A stretch of DNA of 64,000 nt from Nitrospirota bacterium (GTDB lineage: Bacteria > Nitrospirota > Thermodesulfovibrionia > UBA6902 > JAJYJJ01): assembly GCA_021789595.1 (NCBI GenBank), contig JAJYJJ010000013.1, forward strand, positions 238-64,237, in the 5' to 3' direction. The notes beneath the pieces are model-generated. The model saw nothing but the letters and a program-made list of their open reading frames with translations, ran no database searches and had not been told where the DNA came from. Shown here in pieces: positions 59,050-64,000 of the stretch. Positions within the stretch are counted from its first letter, which is position 1. The number at the start of each line of letters is the position of its first letter. A program made the translations under genes and the position numbers.

Positions 59050-60080
59050 CTTGCCTCCTGGACAGCCATCCCATCCTGTAATTCGTAGTTGCCCAGCGAT
59101 ACAACCCTGTCATCTTTTTTAAACGGCCCTGCGATACCGACAAATCCGCTGCTTTCGATGCCGGTCTCTACATTGATACGGCAGGCGCGGCCATGTCTGA
59201 CCACAAATATATATGCCCCCTGTGCATCTCTCAGAACCGCCTGACGCGGCACAGCAAAACCCCTCTGATGATTCAGTATAATCACCCCCCGCACACGCAT
59301 TGCAGGTATCAAATGGACACCCTGTTTAGCGTTGAGACTCACTGCCACATCTACCAACTGTGTTTGTGGGTTAATCATACCGTGCACCTCCCTTACCACC
59401 CCTTCAATGCTTTGTTCGGTGTTAAATACAGGGGTTAGGAGCACCGCCATACCTGCTTTTACCTTATTAATATCCTCAGGCTCGATGCCCAACAGCACAC
59501 GCAATGTATCCAGTCGTGCCAATTGTAAGGCAGAGGTTCCAGCCTGGATGCGTTCCCCAGGAGCTACATTCAACGCACTTACGATTCCATCAAATGGCGT
59601 CTTAATTAATTCGTGTTTGATCCCTGTCCCAAGTTTATGCTGGGCAGCCAATGCAGCTTCAGCATCACTTAATGCCTTTTGCGCCCTGGCAAGTTGAGAT
59701 TGAGTTGCCAGTTGCTGTTCTACAAGACCCTGTACGCGTTTCAGTTCACTACGCGCAAAATTCACCTCAGATAAAGCCTGTGCATAGCTCACGCTGTTCA
59801 TAGGGCTGGTATCAAATTGCAGGATCGGCATACCCCTTTTTACCACCTGTCCCTGAGTGACCAGCAGTTGCATAACCTGTCCTGCACGCGGGAAATTAAT
59901 GTTTACCACGCCAACTGGATTGATGCTTACCATGCCATAGCCTGTCAGCGTTTCTACAAGGTCATGCTGGCTAAGGGGCTGCGTCTGCACCGGAGCGACA
60001 ATATCGCCAGCAACTGCCGTATAATTGAAAGCCAAAAGAAAGATTAGTGAAAGAGTGTTTAAGATTATACCCCTTTTCAA
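59046..60080 (-). CDS. RND periplasmic adaptor
   Basis: GQVVKRG, PFDGIV, VPRQAV. Confidence 0.88.
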   Translation of the reverse strand: MKRGIILNTLSLIFLLAFNYTAVAGDIVAPVQTQPLSQHDLVETLTGYGMVSINPVGVVNINFPRAGQVMQLLVTQGQVVKRGMPILQFDTSPMNSVSYAQALSEVNFARSELKRVQGLVEQQLATQSQLARAQKALSDAEAALAAQHKLGTGIKHELIKTPFDGIVSALNVAPGERIQAGTSALQLARLDTLRVLLGIEPEDINKVKAGMAVLLTPVFNTEQSIEGVVREVHGMINPQTQLVDVAVSLNAKQGVHLIPAMRVRGVIILNHQRGFAVPRQAVLRDAQGAYIFVVRHGRACRINVETGIESSGFVGIAGPFKKDDRVVSLGNYELQDGMAVQEAR

Positions 60081-60081
60081 T

Positions 60082-61461
60082 TTAATCTCCTCCTGTTAAT
60101 TTAATCTCTGCTGTTGTAACCTGCATGGGCAGTTCGCTGCCGATTAGTGTCTGCAGGGCAACCCGCTCCTCAAGTATGGTCTGCTCAAGCGTAATTGCCT
60201 CCATGCGTTTATTCAGCAGGGCAGCGGACAGATTGGTATAAGTTGTGGCATCTATATTGCCTGCATCTAAAGCTTCCTCTGCATGTTTCACAGCGGCCTC
60301 CATCTCCGGCAAAGCGCTTTTAACCCTATTATATTGTCGGGTAACCAGCTTCAATTGTGCCATGAGACTATTAATCTGGCCGTATGCTGCATTCAGACGT
60401 GCATGGTATTCGTCATACAATCTTTTGCGAGTCGCTTTTTCCATTGCGATATTGCCCTGATTACGGTTAAAAATCGGCAGGTTTAATGCAATACCGAAGC
60501 CTGATGTATATATTCCGCTGGTGTCACGGGAGCGGGTGAGACCAATATTAAGCGCCGGGAATTGCGCAAGGATTGCCTGGCGGAAACGCTGTTCCTGGCT
60601 GGCATAACCTGCTTGCAATGCCAGTAAATCAGGGCGTCGCTGCGGTAACCCTGCTATATAGGTTTTAATCTTTTCCTGGTCAAGGCCAGGCAGATTAGCA
60701 TCTCCCACGAGCTTGAGGTTGACTTCAGGAGACAGACCCAGCAATGCGTTGAGGTCGTACCTGGTTTTACTGATTTGCCGCTCTAAATTGTTGATACGAG
60801 AGTTGGCGTTCTGCAATGCCGTCAGATCCGCACTTACTACATCCAGCGTCAAGTTGCCTTCCTGCAGCGCCTGCTGTGCACGGCGATACTGAGTGCCAAA
60901 AAGCTCCCGGTAGGACTGCAACTCGCTCATCAGCTTCTCCTGTGTAATGCTTTTCACGAACAACAATCGTGCCTGCTGAACAACCTGCCATTCCTGCCAC
61001 AGCACAGTTAAATCAACTTTAAGACCATTTGCGCGGGCGGCGTTAACAGCAGCGTTGCGGGTGATGAGCTTATTTATATCGTAGCTCAACCCAAGGTTGA
61101 ATGCATTCATGTATCCGGGACCGCCGTTGGTTGGATGGTCTATGCCGGCAGTTAGTTGAGGGTTGGGCAGAATCCCTACGGCCAAAAGCTGAGCCTCTGC
61201 TATGCCTTTCTCATCCCGTGCAACCCTCAATTCAGGATTATTTACTACAGCCAGTATCGCCACTTCTGTCATATCCAGGCCATCGTCCGGGTTAAATGGA
61301 TGGGCAGCCAATTCCGGTAAAGGCAGTCTTTTTGTATCAATAATTAAATGCGGCACCTCATGCAATAAGGTCGGCTGTGTATTGAGCGGCTTGGTTTGAT
61401 AGGAAGCGCAGCCTGACAATGCCGTGAGGAGCAGGAGTGAAAAAAGATGGCGTGGACGCAT
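60082..61461 (-). CDS. TolC-family outer-membrane lipoprotein
   Basis: LSGC lipobox, NNPEL, LPNP, LPIFNRNQG. Confidence 0.88.
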   Translation of the reverse strand: MRPRHLFSLLLLTALSGCASYQTKPLNTQPTLLHEVPHLIIDTKRLPLPELAAHPFNPDDGLDMTEVAILAVVNNPELRVARDEKGIAEAQLLAVGILPNPQLTAGIDHPTNGGPGYMNAFNLGLSYDINKLITRNAAVNAARANGLKVDLTVLWQEWQVVQQARLLFVKSITQEKLMSELQSYRELFGTQYRRAQQALQEGNLTLDVVSADLTALQNANSRINNLERQISKTRYDLNALLGLSPEVNLKLVGDANLPGLDQEKIKTYIAGLPQRRPDLLALQAGYASQEQRFRQAILAQFPALNIGLTRSRDTSGIYTSGFGIALNLPIFNRNQGNIAMEKATRKRLYDEYHARLNAAYGQINSLMAQLKLVTRQYNRVKSALPEMEAAVKHAEEALDAGNIDATTYTNLSAALLNKRMEAITLEQTILEERVALQTLIGSELPMQVTTAEIKLTGGD

Positions 61462-61464
61462 GAC

Positions 61465-61992
61465 TTAGTTTACCCTGTTTCCCCGCTTGATGGCGATAAA
61501 CATAAAGACGATTCCGATGAGGAGAGGCTCGCCAATAGCCACTGGAAGCACATTATTAGGGTTAAGCCTCAGTATCCTTTTTATATCAAGATGTGACATC
61601 TCACTGCTTACAGGGATATTGCTGTTTTTATCCACAACCGTTATGTAAACAACATAGCTTCCGGAGTCGATCAAGCGCATCGGCCATTTCCCTTCGTATG
61701 TCCCATGCGGTGGAATGGCATCTATTTTAATTGCCTTATTTGCGCTCCAGTCCTCGAGGTCCATGGGCGATTCTTTCCCCTGTGTAATATTCGCCAGCGA
61801 AATGTAGGCGATGATATTGTTGGCGGCTTTATCAGAGTTATTGGTTATTGTTCCCGTATATGTTATTTTGTCTCCCATATTTGCCTGAACAAATGGTGGA
61901 TTAATGGAGACTGCAATACGGTTTGCTGCATATGCATAATTCACCGTAATTGCCAGAATAACCGATGAAAGAGCTAATATTAATCTTTTCAT
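61465..61992 (-). CDS. Exported beta-rich protein with C-terminal TM anchor
   Basis: Signal peptide MKRLILAL..AYA (SD GAGGTG), PMDLEDW, C-terminal TM. Confidence 0.7.
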   Translation of the reverse strand: MKRLILALSSVILAITVNYAYAANRIAVSINPPFVQANMGDKITYTGTITNNSDKAANNIIAYISLANITQGKESPMDLEDWSANKAIKIDAIPPHGTYEGKWPMRLIDSGSYVVYITVVDKNSNIPVSSEMSHLDIKRILRLNPNNVLPVAIGEPLLIGIVFMFIAIKRGNRVN

Positions 61993-62000
61993 TTTGCACC

Positions 62001-62750
62001 TCACATTTCCAGTCTGGATACACTTCTTTTTAGAAACCACAGGGATAGGAGTGTGTATCCGCAAATAATAGCGACACGCCCTGCCTGATAGCTGAAGCCC
62101 TGACTGTCTATGACCACGCTGTCAAAGGTGTTGATGGCATCGGCAAAGGGGTTTATGAGATCAAGGACCCTGCCGAACCATGTCTTGCGCAATGCTGCTG
62201 AAAGAAAGATGGGCGATCCCGCCAGCAGAAATATAAAAAAGGAGATGATCAGGGAATTCTTCATGGACTTTATCCTCGCTGAAAGTCCCATGGAAAAGGC
62301 GGAAAAGATAATGGCAAGGAGCGTTCCGAGGATGGCGAGATAGGCGATTCCAATGAGGAGATTTTGCCCGCCCTTGCCCACGACAAATAGATAGGGCAGG
62401 GAAATAGCAAAGATAATCACCCAGTTGGCTATCGCTGCGCCAAGCTTTCCGGCTGCGATCTGAGTCTTTTTTACAGGACTCAGGAATAGTGCCTCAAGGG
62501 TGCCCCTTTCTATCTCTCCGGCAAAGGCATCTGATCCGAACACAAGCCCTATCAATATCCCGAGGGCAGTGATGAAATTCATGATCATGTAGAGCATCTG
62601 CCCCTGGTCAAGGAGGCTTAATTCGCTGTTGGTAAGAAACAGGTAGCTCAGGATACTCAGGATAATTGATGTGAGGATATACCATAAAAAACCCTTCGGG
62701 GTCAGGATGCTTTCCCTTATCTCCTTTTGCATGATATAAGCTGCCTTCAT
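62001..62750 (-). CDS. ABC-2/NosY-type permease
   Basis: 6 TMs, GEIERGTLEALFLSP..GK. Confidence 0.85.
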   Translation of the reverse strand: MKAAYIMQKEIRESILTPKGFLWYILTSIILSILSYLFLTNSELSLLDQGQMLYMIMNFITALGILIGLVFGSDAFAGEIERGTLEALFLSPVKKTQIAAGKLGAAIANWVIIFAISLPYLFVVGKGGQNLLIGIAYLAILGTLLAIIFSAFSMGLSARIKSMKNSLIISFFIFLLAGSPIFLSAALRKTWFGRVLDLINPFADAINTFDSVVIDSQGFSYQAGRVAIICGYTLLSLWFLKRSVSRLEM

Positions 62751-63448
62751 AGCATTCCCTCCTTTGTCGACAGAAAGAAGATATCCTCTATCGTTCCTTT
62801 CTTAACTTCGCCTGCCCTGACTATCTTCCCGTAATTGATGATGACTATCCTGTTGCAGAGCCTCTCAACATCATCCAGCAGGTGAGTGGAGAGAAAGATG
62901 GTTGTGCCCTGTTTGCGATTGAGGTCCATCAACAGGTCGTGGATATCCCTCCTGCCTTTTGGGTCAAGGCCGTTTGTGGGCTCATCAAGGAACAGGAGTT
63001 TTGGTTTGTTGATAAGCGCACGCGCAATGCCGAGCCTCTGTTTCATGCCGCGGGAATAACTGCGGATGAGGTGGCCTTCCTTTCCATGTAGTCCAACAGC
63101 CTCCAAAAGGCTATCAATTTCCTGCCTTGACATCTCCTCTCCATAGAGATTTGAGAAGAATTCGAGGTATTCCCGTGCCGTCATCCATTCATAATAGCCG
63201 TTGGATTCCGGAAGGGCATTGATAATCTCCTTTACCGCCATTGGCTCTTTAAAGACATCATGTCCGTTTATCACTACATTTCCTGAATCGGCTTTTATGA
63301 TGGCAGTTAAGATGCGGATGGTGGTGGTCTTCCCTGCCCCGTTCGGGCCGAGGAAGCCGAAGATGTCGCCTTCTTCCACGCTGAAATTCAGTCCGTCTAA
63401 AGCAGTATAGCCATCATACCTCTTTACCAGATTTTCAACTGTGATCAT
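62747..63448 (-). CDS. ABC transporter ATPase
   Basis: GPNGAGKTT, YSRGMKQR, LDEPT; SD GGAGG favours ATG 63448 over 63460. Confidence 0.9.
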   Translation of the reverse strand: MITVENLVKRYDGYTALDGLNFSVEEGDIFGFLGPNGAGKTTTIRILTAIIKADSGNVVINGHDVFKEPMAVKEIINALPESNGYYEWMTAREYLEFFSNLYGEEMSRQEIDSLLEAVGLHGKEGHLIRSYSRGMKQRLGIARALINKPKLLFLDEPTNGLDPKGRRDIHDLLMDLNRKQGTTIFLSTHLLDDVERLCNRIVIINYGKIVRAGEVKKGTIEDIFFLSTKEGML

Positions 63449-63464
63449 TTCAGCCTCCATTTTG

Positions 63465-63492
63465 ATGAGGGGCGGAGTTTACCGCCCCTCAT
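63465..63492. terminator. Strong intercistronic hairpin
   Basis: ATGAGGGGCGG-6nt-CCGCCCCTCAT; no U-tract on the coding strand. Confidence 0.6.
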
Positions 63493-63497
63493 TGTTA

Positions 63498-63905
63498 TTA
63501 CCTTTCACCTACTTCTTCGTGGCCATTGTCGGAGTCTTCTCCTTCATGGCCTTCGTTGTCGTTCCGGTCTGTGTCGATCTTCAGTATCTTCCCGTTTCCT
63601 GCATCAATCTTCACATCCGCTATCTGATGGTCGGCCTTTGCTATCTCAATGCCATAGACGAGATAGCCGTTCTCGTTTTCGAGTTCCGCCTTCAATACCT
63701 TTCCTGGAACGGCCTTCAGAGCTGCACTTACAGCGGAATCCAGCGAGACCTTTGCCATTCCTGCAAACCCTGCCTCATCCTCGCTCTTAACCTGGATGCT
63801 GCCAGTGTTTTTCGCCTGCTGCGCTGATACACCTCCGATGGCAATAAGGGCTACAAGAACAACACCGCTTATGACGGTCGTTATCATTCTTTTCATCTTT
63901 GTCAC
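63498..63905 (-). CDS. PepSY-domain exported protein
   Basis: Signal peptide, AL..VPGKV..ELE.E.G.LVY.IEI, IDAGNG; acidic/His tail. Confidence 0.85.
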   Translation of the reverse strand: MTKMKRMITTVISGVVLVALIAIGGVSAQQAKNTGSIQVKSEDEAGFAGMAKVSLDSAVSAALKAVPGKVLKAELENENGYLVYGIEIAKADHQIADVKIDAGNGKILKIDTDRNDNEGHEGEDSDNGHEEVGER

Positions 63906-63923
63906 CTCCTTTCATGGAAAATC

Positions 63924-63991
63924 CGTAAGCTCAATTTCCATTTAAGCTTACGATTGCATTATAAAGAGGGAAAGATTACAGGAAGATGAAC
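63924..63991 (-). promoter_or_regulatory. Promoter with OmpR-type direct repeats and a 5' inverted repeat
   Basis: TATAAT 63963-63958; AAGAT repeats 11 nt apart (63972, 63983) at the -35 position; CGTAAGCT/AGCTTACG IR. Confidence 0.5.
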
Positions 63992-64000
63992 GCAGAATCA

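Overview
64 kb of bacterial chromosome, probably Nitrospirota/Thermodesulfovibrionia-like (inferred from gene content, AGR-rich Arg usage and repeat types; not verified). Positions 1-41.7 kb are mostly core genes: hemW, mtgA, pcrA, trpEGD, hpt, peptide-ABC ATPases, ntrBC-like pair, rel, a gspE-N type II secretion cluster, four tRNAs, tatA, pmbA, nfeD/SPFH and a kinase-REC-HD-GYP cassette. Positions 41.9-64 kb are an all-minus-strand accessory block with two RND tripartite pumps, OmpR-family two-component genes, an ABC module, PepSY and three different phosphatases. Best leads: (1) an intact PAP2 lipid phosphatase fused to a CtpE-like P-type ATPase, heading a three-phosphatase + RND operon; (2) a DUF2946/CruR/CutF-like Cys/His-rich leader ORF ending in HPPR, upstream of a CACGC-motif outer-membrane barrel with a hairpin over its SD; (3) a c-di-AMP riboswitch controlling a KimA-like transporter, a membrane-anchored USP and two RCK proteins with no Trk/Ktr channel; (4) several unrelated palindromic mini-elements inserted in frame in proteins, two of them in the cleaved leaders of GspH and GspI; (5) an in-frame sensor kinase::RND deletion chimera; (6) frequent leaderless promoter architecture. 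All calls come from reading the sequence by eye; no searches were run.
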